Assembly: GCA_043228905.1 (NCBI GenBank)
Contig: JBHGNT010000006.1
Coordinates: forward strand, 21,142,001-21,206,000
Direction: 5' to 3'
Length of the DNA: 64,000 nucleotides
DNA from: Azolla caroliniana
Lineage: Eukaryota; Plantae; Polypodiophyta
A model generated the notes under the pieces. That model was not told the origin of the DNA. It was given only the letters and a program-made list of their open reading frames with translations, and made no database searches. The position numbers and the translations under genes are program-made. Numbering within the stretch: the first letter of the stretch is position 1; every line of letters begins with the position of its first letter. Below are positions 52,001 through 64,000 of the stretch, one piece after another.

Positions 52001-53594
52001 TTCTTGAAGTACAATTCATGTGGTGACACTACTCCATTTGCAGAAGTCTGATTCTGCAGGTAAATAGTTATCCTTACGGCTTCAACTCAATAAAATTTTG
52101 GTATATGCTTCTCTTTGAGCATTGCCCTGACCACCTCTTCGATTGTTCGATTTTTCAGCTCGGCCGCGCCGTTCTGCTGCGGCGTGTATCTACAGGAGAA
52201 TTCGCAATGAATTCCTTCGTCCTGCAGATAATTCGAGAACTGGTCGGAGAAGTACTCCTTCCCATCATCGGACCTTAGGCACTTGATCTTTCGTCCGGTT
52301 TCCCTTTCTACAAGGCTTTTTACCTTCAAGAAACATGTGAAGACCTTGCTCTTTTTCGCGATCAAGCACGCCCAAGTGTGTCGAGAGAAGTCATCGATGA
52401 AAGTCACGAAATATCGGCTTCCACCGAGACTCACATTCTGTGCCGGTCCCCATACATCCAAATGGATCACATTGAGCAGATTTCGACTCCAGTTACGCTC
52501 ATTGGGGAATGGAAGTCGGTGATGCTTTCCCAACTGGCAGGCTTCGCAGACTTGGCCCTTTCGCCCACTGAATTTTGGAAAGCCGGAAACAATGTTTTTC
52601 GTCTACATTTCTCGAAGCTTCGGGAAATTTACGTGACCAAACCACTTATGCCACAGGTTGATATCCGATTCGACCTTTTTCCCTTTTGCGAACATAGTAG
52701 TGCCTACGTCGTTGGTCTCGAGGATAAACATCCTCCCTTCACAATGCCCTTGCACGATTATCTTGCCCTCCTCTTCGATGTAGCAACCAGGTTGCTTGAA
52801 TCGAACTTGCATCCCCTGGTCGAGGATCTATCCAACCGACACCAGGTTCTTGGTTAGTGTCAGGACGTGTAGCACGTTAATGAGTTTCCCTTTCTACTTG
52901 ACGTGGTTGAGGGGAACTTCTTCAACATGTTCGATGGTATGCGGAGTGTCGTCTCTAGTTTTGATCACTCCTTGTTTTTTCGGTTTCTCCAAGTACGAGA
53001 ACCATTCCTTGTGACTCATCATATGATTTGATGCTCTGGAGTCAACATACCACACCTCCTTCGGTTTCAAGGTGTTCACCACCATCGAATTGGCCTTGTG
53101 CTTCATTACGAAGGTTGGGTCTGATCCATTTTCGGCTCGTTTGGAGCCCCTCAGCGTAGTGCGATTGCTCCCAATTTCCTTGTTCGGTCCGCCCAGATCT
53201 GGATGCATTTTTCTCTGAATCGACACGTTTCTTCCCGCACTAGTTCTCCCTGTGGCCTTTCTTGCCACAATACCAACATTCGACGGTAGGTTTCCCTTCT
53301 TGGTTTCCGGCGCCGTGTTATCGTACGAGATGTGCGGGTGATTGATAACTATGATAAGTGAGGGTGAAAGATGTAATGTGTTGATATGTATGTGTAATCT
53401 TATATGATTATGAGTGTGAATGTAAGTGTGAATGTAAGTGTGAGTGTGGTGGATACAAAGAGGTGTGAGTGAGTGACTAGGTGTGAATGCCCAAGGGGCT
53501 TGCACCCTTGTGTATCTACCCTTTTGTACCTATTTAACCCCTTATGGGGAATGAATGAAAAAAGGAATATTTCTCTCTCAATCTCTCTTTTGTC

Positions 53595-53643
<49 letters not shown>

Positions 53644-55074
53644 CTTACGTTGGACCCCCTTGGGAGCGGGGTGGAGCCATTCTAGGCACCACCCCCCACC
53701 CCTCAATGCTTGTCTTGTTGTTCATGATCTCTCACCATTATACTCTCCATCATCTTCACTATTACACCATGCCTATCTTCATTATCAATCATCATCATCA
53801 TTATTAGTAACCCTAACCCTAAAAACCAACAACACTTCGCCGCGACGACCCTGCTTCCGGAGGGTCCGGAACTACTATTAACATTACGACCATGCCTTCC
53901 ATCTTGCTCCTGGCAGCCGCCTCCATTGTGCGTCGACTCGCCTCGCCCGCCACGACCACGAGGCCTATCTTCCTCCGTGTACAACATCTTGCTATCGGCA
54001 TGCGTACTCGTTGATGCACCCAAGTGGTTCTCTTCTACTAGGAGCATCGACTGTAAGTCGAAAAACGACAACATATTCTCCCTCGTACAGACCATAGTTC
54101 AGAAAGCTCCAAACTTCGACGCTAACCCTTTGAGGTAGACCTGCACCATTTCATCCTCCTCGACGTTTACATCGATGGAGGCGAGAGAGTCACAGATGTC
54201 CTTGATCTTGGAGGTGTAGTCATCCACCGACATATCTCGTTGTCGAACATTGCTCAACTCTTGCCTGAGTTGGAGCTTTCTGGCTGTGGTCCTTGTGGCG
54301 AAAATCTTTTTCAGATTTCCCCAAGCATCCTTTGGCGTCTTCGCATCCTTAATGTAGCTCAGAAGTTGATCGCTCACACACGATGTGAAGCAATAGAGAA
54401 CTCTGCTTGCCGCCTGTTCCCAAGCTGGGAAATTTTTGTGTGTCGATTCGGGTGCTACATCATTAGCTCCATCAACATAACTCCAGTAACCATGACTAAG
54501 CAGGTACTGGTGCATCTTGTAAGACCAAGATGCGTAGTTGCTCCTGTCGAGCTTCTCAGTCGGTAGCAAGCTTCCCATTCCTCTGTCCACATTGTTGTTG
54601 TATCTTTTCCAAATCAAAAAAACTTGACTCTATCTTCATCGCTTGCTTTTTTGTCGGCTGCAGAGGAGTCTCAACCCTCGCGCTCTGATACCGTGTAAAG
54701 GAATACGTGTGGAAGTGTGTGTGTAAAAGACATAGAGTACACAGTTTAGAAATATGATTGTTCAGTGAAACACAGAAAACACAGAGAAAAGGAGGGAGAG
54801 AGAGAGAGAGTAGACAACAATACATAGGATGTGCTCAGAGAGCACTTTTATACAAGTCCATATGGACTAACAGAAGTATTGACACGTACTTCAATGCTCA
54901 TGAATGAGCCCCTACAGTAACTCCCAAAATATATTCCTCCGCGGAATATCTTTCCAACGGCCTACCAGTTTACGCACCATTGCGGCCTCTCGTTGCGCAC
55001 CCGGGTTACGCACCAGTCTACGCACTAGTTTACGAACCAGTTTATACACCCAATGTTGAGCTTGTATCTCAACA
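49015..55074 (-). mobile_element. Full-length Copia element I, decayed
   Basis: LTRs 49015-49424 and 54694-55074; TSD CGGTT at 49010-49014 and 55075-55079; PBS 54682-54693; PPT 49425-49434; gag, PR WYVDSRASNHM, IN, RT and RH fragments. Confidence 0.95.
53316..53834. mobile_element. Solo-LTR-like insertion in the gag of Copia I
   Basis: TGTTAT...CAACA termini, (CT)n tract; interrupts gag; TSD ambiguous (cgccg flanks both sides with a 3-nt offset). Confidence 0.7.
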
Positions 55075-55079
55075 CGGTT

Positions 55080-58000
55080 GAATCTCTTGTTCATAAAAAA
55101 ATGTTTTTATCCCGGTTCGATATCACCTCAATAATAATGGCTATAAACATGAATTCCTCACAAATTGTGGGGGACATCGATATGGAAACAATTGATCTAA
55201 AAAAGAGTAGTGTGATGGTTGAAGGTAATCGTGAAAGGGGAGACATTGGAAGCTCTAAGATGTTTAAGGGTATTGAAAAAATTAATGAGAAAAAATTGAC
55301 ATATGCGGAAGTAATACATGTAGATGAGGTTGACAAGGATCATTGTAATTGGGATAATTTATGAGGAATTGCCAATACCTTGTTCTCTAATATTGTGGAA
55401 GAAAATGAAAATGAAGCGAAAGAATGCATTGATGAGGATGTGCATGATGTGGAAGTTGATGTTAAGGCAGTGTTGTAATCTTTTGATGTATTCTATGATC
55501 GTGTGGTTATATTTTTTTTACCAGGAAACTCCCATACATTAATTGGATTAAAAAATGGTTGAACACAATCGTGTCACCAAATTGTGTTGAAAATATCTAT
55601 GCAAGACCATGAGGGTTTTATGATGTAGTGTTTCATTCACCGGAACATCGAAGTGCATTGTTGGCTAAAGTTCCTATGTTTTTTGATAAACGATTGGTGC
55701 ATGTAATGCAATGGTCCCCCGTTGTGGACTATCATGCTTTGTTAAAACAAGAATGCCCTATTTGGGTAATAGTAGATTGTAAGCATGCTTTTTTATGGCC
55801 ACTTTTACCAGAGTTGATGAGTCAAATGGGTAAAGTGTTGGTATCTCCACATGCAAATGCTACAAATAAGTGTAGATTTTGTATGTTATGGGATACAAGT
55901 CGTAAGAGGCTGGAATGGGTGCGTATGAACACACCTGGTATGAAAGACTTTGTTTTAAATTGAAGTGGGAGACATTTGCAAGTCATTGTTTTGGATGTGG
56001 TGAATGGGGTCACTTTATGGAGGAATGCCATTGTCATTGTCCTTCAACTATAGAGGTTCCGAATGAAGGGAATGGTAAGGAAGGAGTTGGGAGAGATGTT
56101 GGTGTGTTAGATACTATGGTTGTTATGGATGCAGGAAAATCATCTAGAGCAGGTTATAAAGAGGTTTCACTTCAAGCTTTGGGCCCTAAGAATAAGGGAA
56201 CTCAATCTATGGAAATGGAAAAACAAAGTTTGGTGGTTATAGATAAGGGGAAAATACCGTTGGATAGAACTAGTAGTGATGTTGTTGTTGAAAAGGATTG
56301 GCATCAGCTTAAGGGCAAGTCAAAGCGGAATAGTTTGCCCACTATTCGTGAGACTACTTGGAAAGGAAATTTGGAAACTAGGGAGGGTCCTCAAAAAGTT
56401 CCTTGACAAAGACAATTTAGGGATAAGGGATTACCCCTTCACCTTCAATTTGATTCATTGGGACGGGTTGTAAATTCATTGAATTCTCAAGGTTTTCTTC
56501 AAGCGAGAGAACCTAAACAAAACATTTTGATAGACAACCCTAAGGATGTGGTGTATGAAAATCCATATGTAGCATTGGAGCATGCTTTGACTAGTTTCAT
56601 GACATGGGTTGCTCTAAAGGAGCAAGTGCACCCATAACATTGTTGATTGAATGAAAGTGGTAACGTGGAATGTGAGAGGGGCATGTTCTCCTCATAAGAA
56701 GTATATATTATGGGAAACTTTGTTAGCTAAAGAATGGGATGTATTATGTGCAGTTGAGCATAAGTGTCATGAGTTAGCAGGATCCACAGTCCATTTACGT
56801 GGATATTCATCATTCTATGCAAGACATCTTAATAATCATTATTCAGGTGTGGTATTAATCGTGTGGGATAAATATTATCCTCAAGTGGTGCATTATTATC
56901 CTTATGATTGGTTTTTGATTCTAGAAATCACTTTTTTTGGCGAAGTTGTGTGGGTGGTTGGGATTTATGCTCCTAACCAAGTCACTCAATGTATTGCATT
57001 ATGGAGCTCACTCCTTCAAACCCTATGTGTGGGTCGTCCAGGATTACTTATGGGTGATTTTAACATGTGTGTTGATGCATCTCAATCTATGTCTGAACAT
57101 TCAATCATGGATGATCCTGAGCAACTTGCTTGGGATTTATTGGCTATGGAGGTTCTGAAGTTGGATGTTTCAACATGGTTGCATGGGAATGATCCAGGTT
57201 TTACTTTCCAATCCGCTCAACATAGACACACATGGAGTCGATTAGATAGAATGTATGTGATGCACAATGATTCTTTTTTACCAACATCACTTCGTATGAA
57301 AGTTCTACAAGATGTAGGAACATCAGATCACTATTTGTTTGGAGGTTTGTAATCATGCAATTGACATGTATAAATCCTTACTTGGAAAGCTTCCATTACA
57401 CTTTAACTCTTCTCGTTTGCTTCAACCTCACTTTGATTCTCTCATGGAACAAATTTTGGTAAATTTTTTACAAGAAGTGAATCTTAAAGGAGTTAAATCA
57501 TGGGATATCACGTTACGAAACATTAAGATCATTCATTGTATGTATGGAGTAACTAATGCTCAACAAAGAAGGGGTCTTCTTCGACAATTCTCACAACTTC
57601 TCTCCAGGTGTAATGCAATTATTGATACATACACCATTAGATGAGGAGCTTTTGGATATCCAAAGTCAATTGCATGTTATTATTTCTCAGTTGCAATGCC
57701 AAAGTTATGGTTATGCGAAGATGCGACAACTAAGGGATGGGCTCATAGATAATCAATGTCAATCTCATTTGTTTTTCCAACCGTTACATCCTACTTATGT
57801 TCGATCTAATGTGGTACATGTGAAGCAAGGGAATGAATGGATAGAGGATCCTACTACAATAATTAACATATGTGTTCATTACTTTAAGGAGTTGATTGGC
57901 CCGTGATTGTTAATGACAAATGAGGTGAGTAGAGCACGTCATAAGTTTTATAATGTGGTTGGATGTATTGTGCATGACCTCATTAGTCATGAATTGGATG

Positions 58001-60570
58001 CGGATTTTACTGAGGATGAGGTGGACATAATTTTAAGGCATCTTCTTAGTGGTAAGAGCCTTGGTTGGGATGACTTGACAAATGAAGTTTTTAAGCGATA
58101 TTCGAACACTTTAAAGGAGCCCTTAACTTTAATGTTTCAACATTCTTGGTATTTTGTTCATATGCCTCAAGCTTAGAAGGTTGGTCTAATTAAATTAGTT
58201 CCAAAGCTGGCACCTCCTGAGTCATTTCATCAATGGAGACCTATTCCTTTGATGGGGGGGTTGTATAAGATATTTACAAAGGTTTTGGCAAATAGATTAC
58301 AAAAGTATTTGCCAAAGTTGATACATCCTGCCCAATATGGTTTTATTGCAGGTAGGAATATATTGCATAATGTGTGGAATGTTCAAATGACCATGGATAT
58401 GCTCAAAACACTCATCAAGAATTGATTATGGTGCAATTAGATTTGGAGAAAGCTTATGATCATGTTAATTGGTCCTTTGTTTCTGGGTTAATGCATACAA
58501 TGGGCTTTGGACCTCGTATTTCTCGCCTCATATTTTTATTAGGACAAGATGTGGTATCTCGAGTAATACTTAATGGGGGAGTTACATCCGATATTGCCCT
58601 CACAAGATCCGTTCGTCAAGGATGCCCTCTTAGCCCATTGTTGTTTGCTATTGTTACGCATCCCTTGTTAGTAATGTTATCAATGCTTACAACAAATGAT
58701 GACATTGTGGGTCTACACCTTTAGCCTGGAGGGCAACTAGTAGCACAAGCTTTGGTTGATAATTCTTTCATGTTTCAACAAGCTTCACGAGAGAATCTTG
58801 AGAAGGGGATGTTTGTATGGAACCAATTTTCATTGGCTTCCAGATTACATATTAATTGGAGGAAGTCTAGTCTCATATCATGTACTGAAAGGGATTTGGA
58901 ATGTTTAGGATGACAAGGATCCGTGGTGAAGAAAGGCTCTATTTTTTGACACTTAGCTATCCATTAGGAATGAATGTTACAAATGGTCAATTGATTGAAT
59001 GGATGTCTAGTAAGTTGAGGGATAAGTTCATGTGTTGGAAGTCACAATCTTGGCCATTTCATGTACGCCTGAAGGTTGTACAATGTATTATGGAACCCAT
59101 GATATTATATTACTTGCCATTGTTGCCATGGATAAAGAAGGCTTTGCATTCTATTTTGCAACCTCTTTGATATTTTTTGTGGAAGAAGAGGGATAAGATG
59201 GGAATCACTTGGGTTGCGTGGAATCATCTAGCAAACCCTAAGCGCTTCGGGAGAACTGGAATATTGAACTTATCTAAGCATATGATGGCTCGTAGATTTT
59301 CATTATTACAAGACATGTGTTCAAACTCACAACCATGGGTATCTATTGTTCAATATTTCATTGAGAACAAGGGTTTAACACATGGGAGGACAATGATTAA
59401 GGCTTCATAGTGGCAATTACAGAATGGATGTATTTCGCTTAGGGTTCCGGGCTCTACATGTGTTCAACACTTGATTATCTCATGGCAAGAAGCACTCTTG
59501 TTATGTGTATGGAAACCGTCATCTAGTAGAGAGCATTGTAATTCTTTGCAAAAAGAGTTGCTTGTCTTCTTTGTTATTTTGTTGGCCAGGAAAAGAGAGA
59601 TTGCGATCTAAATTTAATCGTTTGTTTCGTTTGGGGGTCAAAGAGGTGGGGGATATAGTTGAGGCTCCATCTCAAAGAATTTTGGAGTTTGTTGAAGCAC
59701 GACAATTATTACGCATTCTGCCTAATTATGGGTTTATTTGGCAACAACTACAAATTATTCCATTGATGCAAGGTCCCTTACCTCTACAAACAGGAGAACA
59801 ACCGTGGATTGATTGGTTTTTAAAGGGTCAAACGACGTTGTTACAAGTGACTACTAATCTTTTGTATCATTGCTCTGTTGAGTCGCTTTGATGGTTATCA
59901 TCTAAGGCTGACGAAGAATGGAGAATACACAAATCAAATCATGGGTGGTGACAGATCTTACAACATAGTTAGCATTCTAAATTGCCACTTGTAGCAAAGG
60001 TCTTCATTTGGAGAGTTTTGATTGGAGGATTGCCTTTGGGGATTAGCTCTAAAGGGTCGTGGACTAGCAATGGGTAATTGATTTTTTTGCATTGTTTAAA
60101 TGGAAGATAATACTCATCGATTTATACAATGTCCGATTACTTGTCAGATTTGGAGTTACATTTCTCAAATTTGGCAAGTCTTATCACGATGTTATTTGAC
60201 ACCTAGAGAGTGGGTGTTTGCACAATTTACACTGGTTGACCCAAAATTAGAGATGGAGATCGTTTTTCTATTTTTGAGATATTCGAGATTGCGTCATAAT
60301 TGGAATATGCGCAACGCTTTTGTATTCGATGGTAGAGATGAAGTGAAAGCATATCTACGAAAGTTGAAGGGAGTACTAATGTGGCAATTTTCTTTATTGG
60401 AGCAAGTGGAAATTCTTTCCTCGGTGGAGTGTTCGTCTTGCCTATTGGCAATTCAACATGTTCCACAACCCATGTAGTGTAGTTAGTGGGTGACCATATT
60501 CCATTGTCACACCCATTGTAAGTAGTGTTTTTTACACACATTTATTAATATAATTGTGTGTTTTCACCAA
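55080..60570 (+). mobile_element. L1/Tx1-type LINE, decayed; its 5' end probably lies left of Copia I (~48.9 kb)
   Basis: ORF1 knuckle CFGCGEWGHFMEEC; ORF2 endonuclease VTWNVRG..GDFN..SRLDR..SDH; RT LDLEKAYD..QGCPLSPLLF; C-terminal EDNTHRFIQC. Confidence 0.92.
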
Positions 60571-60653
60571 AGAGAGAGATAGATAGATAGATTATATTAT
60601 CATCTTCGGAGGTCAAATATGACCTATGAGACCAAAAATATTACATTTCACGT

Positions 60654-61458
60654 TGTCGTGCCTTTCGGCGCCAGATAGTTTGCGTGAGTCGGGTGGGAAC
60701 CATTGGGGTTATGGACTAGGAAGAGGAAGAATTTGAGGCGATTTTAATTATGTATAGATTATTAGAAGCTTGTGAATCCCACAAGTAGAGTTGTTTTAGT
60801 TTGTCTTAATCATAGTAATAAATTGAAATAGTTTAGAATAGTTTAGAATAGAAATAGAAAAGAGATCAAACCTTGTGAATCCCACAAGTATTACATTAAT
60901 CTATATTTATGTAAGAATATGAATTTAGATTGAAAGAGATAGATTATATAAAACTTCGTGAATCCCACGATTATATTAATTGGTGTTTTAAGGAAATATA
61001 TCCAATTTCCCAAATATTTTTCACACACCCATTACATTGTGCTCCTCATCCTTATATAGAGATGAGTGAGTCTTTTCTAACACATGCGTTTTCTCTAATT
61101 ATAAACTCCATGCTTTTCCTATATGCTTTATCTAAAGTGATTATGCTTTTTCTAACTTGTGCGTTTCTTATCAACTATAGCGTTCATGCACGCTAGATGT
61201 GCATGCGTAGCTTTTTCTTTTAGCATGCGTTTTTCTTTTAACTAAAGTTTATCCTACGTGAACTTACCTTTTTTATGTAGGACATCTACTTTTTAACATG
61301 AATGAAATGCTAGTGTAAGACATTACATTATTAACATGGTCGTGCAAGGTTTGAATCTTGCCCTATGCATGTTATATAATATTTTCTACTATTTATTCAT
61401 ATTTATTAAATCGGTACTTTATAAGTTTTTCACGTAGTGTACAAAATACACTACGACA
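60654..61458 (-). mobile_element. Solo LTR related to Gypsy B
   Basis: Termini tgtcgtgcctttc.../...tacactacgaca homologous to the B LTRs; TSD ACGT/ACAT. Confidence 0.88.
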
Positions 61459-61610
61459 ACATGATATGTGTGAAAGTGAGTAGTGACTCTCGATGTTCAA
61501 GAACTTTACCAATGAATGTTGCAATCGAGAGTGCACATTGTGGTTGTGAGAGGAATTCATGCAATGATTGGGCTCGATTGAAGAGATGTGGAAACATTGG
61601 TCGAATATGA

Positions 61611-63347
61611 TCAAAGGCAGAGCATTGTATCAAAGTGTGATACTCGTGGGAAAGTGAGTAGTGACTCTCGATGTTCAAGAACTTTACCAATGAATGTTGC
61701 AATCGAGAGTGCACATTGTGGTTGTGAGAGGAATTCATGCAAAGATTGGGCTCGATTGAAGAGATGTGGAAAGCATTGTCGAATATGATCAAAGGCAGAG
61801 CATTGTATCAAAGTGTGATACTCGCAAACTTGTTTAGGGTAAAGTGTGCATAACCGACCACTCTCATCACTTGTGTCCCAATGCCCTATTTCACATCGCA
61901 GTGCATGTGAGCTAAGTCGCATGGAAGCAATGGTTCGAATGGCAGATAACGATATGGGCTCTAACATGTATAGATGTGTACGATTTCCCCGTTCCACAAA
62001 GAATATGGTTTTGTAGTTAGGTGCAACATGTGTAGTATAATGTGTGAAGCGTGAGCCTCCACATTTGTCCCATGTTATGATACATTGGCGTTGCAAAAAT
62101 GCATCATTTACAAAGGAATCTAATGATGCATCATGAAGCAAGTGTCTCACATCCCATCTACCAAACCATTTTTTTATATCTTGCATCCAACCGGAACACA
62201 AAATTTTGCTTTTATGCGTCTTTTGGATCTTTTTGCTTGCTTCCCACGCAATTCTAGGAAGTCGATGTGAGGGACTTTTTTTAACCTTAAGCATGTATTC
62301 AACAACCCTTTCCATGGCAATGATCTCAATGGGATGCGATCCCGTCTCAAGGAGGAGGAGGGTATAGGGCGTTTGTTTCTTAACTTGTAGAAACTTGGTA
62401 AGAAAATGCTTTTGGACATTTTCAAACTCTTTCCACATAGATTTCGGGATACTACCGCCCCATACTTCCACCCCATAGAGAAGAACCGGTGTCACCAAAG
62501 TGTCGAAAAGATATTTCTTGAGGACCCAACACTTAATATCTCCAAGATTGCATGTGTTCTCAAATGCATAGTATGCTCGCTTGCCCGCCTCTAAGCGGCG
62601 TGTAGCACATTCATTCCATCTATGATTTGAAGGAACTTCAAAGCTAAGATATTTGAAGCTTTCCACACATTCAAGTGGCTCATTGTTGTACATAATGCAT
62701 GGTTTATCTCTTTTTTGGCTCTTCACAAGCATAATCTTTGTTTTAGAGCTATTGACACTTAATTTAGTATGCATGCAAAATTTTTCCAATGCCTTCATAA
62801 GCTTTTGTGCATCTCCTAAAGTATTTGCAAAAAGCACTACATCATCTGCATATAGCAAAAGCATAATTACAACATTCCCAATGGCAACTTCTTCAACACA
62901 TTCTTCCTCTGCAAACTTGGTAACCATTTCTTCCAATTCATCAATGCATAGAACAAATAGTGTTGTTGAGAGTGGGCATCCTTGCTTAACACCAATAGTG
63001 CTTTTGAAAAAATCTGAAAGTTTATCTCTCATGCGCACACAACATATAACCTTCTCATAAATTCGGGAAATTGCAAGCATATATTCACTTGGCACCTCAA
63101 GTTCTTCCATTCGCCTCCAAAGATGCTCACGAGGTACCATATCAAAAGCTTTCTTGAAGTCTACAAAGCAACAATATAAACCTTTACCTCTAAGGCGACT
63201 TTCCTCCATTAATACTCGAAGGGTGATAAGGTGATCAATGGTGCTATGGTGTTTCCGAAAGCCAACTTGTCCATAAGCTCTCTTACCACTTTTTTCAGCC
63301 CATACACTTATCTTTGATTCCATTATACATCCAAATAGTTTTGTCAT
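61611..63347 (-). CDS. LINE reverse transcriptase ORF (578-aa open segment; frameshifted upstream)
   Basis: Non-LTR RT motifs and C-terminal C..EYHTLIQC. Confidence 0.8.
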   Translation of the reverse strand: MTKLFGCIMESKISVWAEKSGKRAYGQVGFRKHHSTIDHLITLRVLMEESRLRGKGLYCCFVDFKKAFDMVPREHLWRRMEELEVPSEYMLAISRIYEKVICCVRMRDKLSDFFKSTIGVKQGCPLSTTLFVLCIDELEEMVTKFAEEECVEEVAIGNVVIMLLLYADDVVLFANTLGDAQKLMKALEKFCMHTKLSVNSSKTKIMLVKSQKRDKPCIMYNNEPLECVESFKYLSFEVPSNHRWNECATRRLEAGKRAYYAFENTCNLGDIKCWVLKKYLFDTLVTPVLLYGVEVWGGSIPKSMWKEFENVQKHFLTKFLQVKKQTPYTLLLLETGSHPIEIIAMERVVEYMLKVKKSPSHRLPRIAWEASKKIQKTHKSKILCSGWMQDIKKWFGRWDVRHLLHDASLDSFVNDAFLQRQCIITWDKCGGSRFTHYTTHVAPNYKTIFFVERGNRTHLYMLEPISLSAIRTIASMRLSSHALRCEIGHWDTSDESGRLCTLYPKQVCEYHTLIQCSAFDHIRQCFPHLFNRAQSLHEFLSQPQCALSIATFIGKVLEHRESLLTFPRVSHFDTMLCL

Positions 63348-64000
63348 TAATGAGCCACCACGATGGTTCGAAAGTTGTTTACATTATTTATATCTCCACC
63401 TTTATGTAAAGGTTTGATCCAATTTGTAGTCCAATCGTACGGCATACCATGTTGCAATGCATCATTAAACATATCGCTTATCCATATATGTGCTTCCTTT
63501 CCCGTCCATTTGAGCATTTCAGCCTTTATACATTGAAGATCACTTGCCTTTCAAGAGGCCAATTTCTTAAGTCCTATGCATATATCTTCAATTGTAAAGA
63601 AGGGAGGCATATGTGAAAAAGAACCATAACACATCATCTCTCCGGCAAGAGATAACTCACATAAATTCTTACAATGCATAGACAAGTCGTGAAGAATTAA
63701 GTCACCATAACTCTCAACATGTTTTCCCTTTAGATTTCCCCAAATTTTAGCACATGCATGTGCTTTCTCTTGCGTTTGGATAAATTGTTGAGTAACTTCC
63801 CATATTCTTCTCTTTCTTTGAATAATCCTTTTATACTCATGCAAATGCTTTTGGTAATTCTCTTTATCCTTAACTACATCCAAAACCATAAGGCACTTTC
63901 GAGCTTCACGACATTCTTTATCAAACCATTTTTTCCTAAGTTTCTTGGTGCACTTCCAAGATGTGCGGTTGGTCGAAAAACATTTGTTTGTACATGAGAG

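Larger units (their letters stand above)
60590..64000 (-). mobile_element. RTE-type LINE running off the right edge
   Basis: RT motifs FVDFKKAFD, GVKQGCPLS, LLYADD, FKYL; 3' UTR interrupted by the solo LTR; ends at a short-repeat tail; ~178-bp tandem duplication at ~61472-61825. Confidence 0.88.

Overview
Eukaryotic, plant-type genomic DNA (probably a non-seed plant such as a fern; this is an inference, not shown). It is almost entirely nested, decayed transposons: at least five Ty1/Copia elements, Ty3/Gypsy elements and solo LTRs, an L1-type LINE and RTE-type LINEs. One apparently intact host gene is present, a two-exon RGF/GLV/CLEL peptide-hormone precursor at 44288-44998 (-). The standout is a 10,045-bp cut-and-paste DNA transposon at 16976-27020, with 30-bp TIRs and a 4-bp TSD (TTAT) confirmed by an adjacent empty-site copy. 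It carries a Sola/DUF7869-like transposase gene. Divergently from that is a six-exon gene that reconstructs to a ~976-aa ParB-like + beta-class DNA amino-methyltransferase fusion, and its first intron holds an array of ~17-19 CpG-rich 23-bp palindromes. A second, diverged fragment of the same methyltransferase gene lies at ~35.9-36.6 kb. Both cargo copies are now pseudogenised. All family assignments come from motif reading, not database searches.
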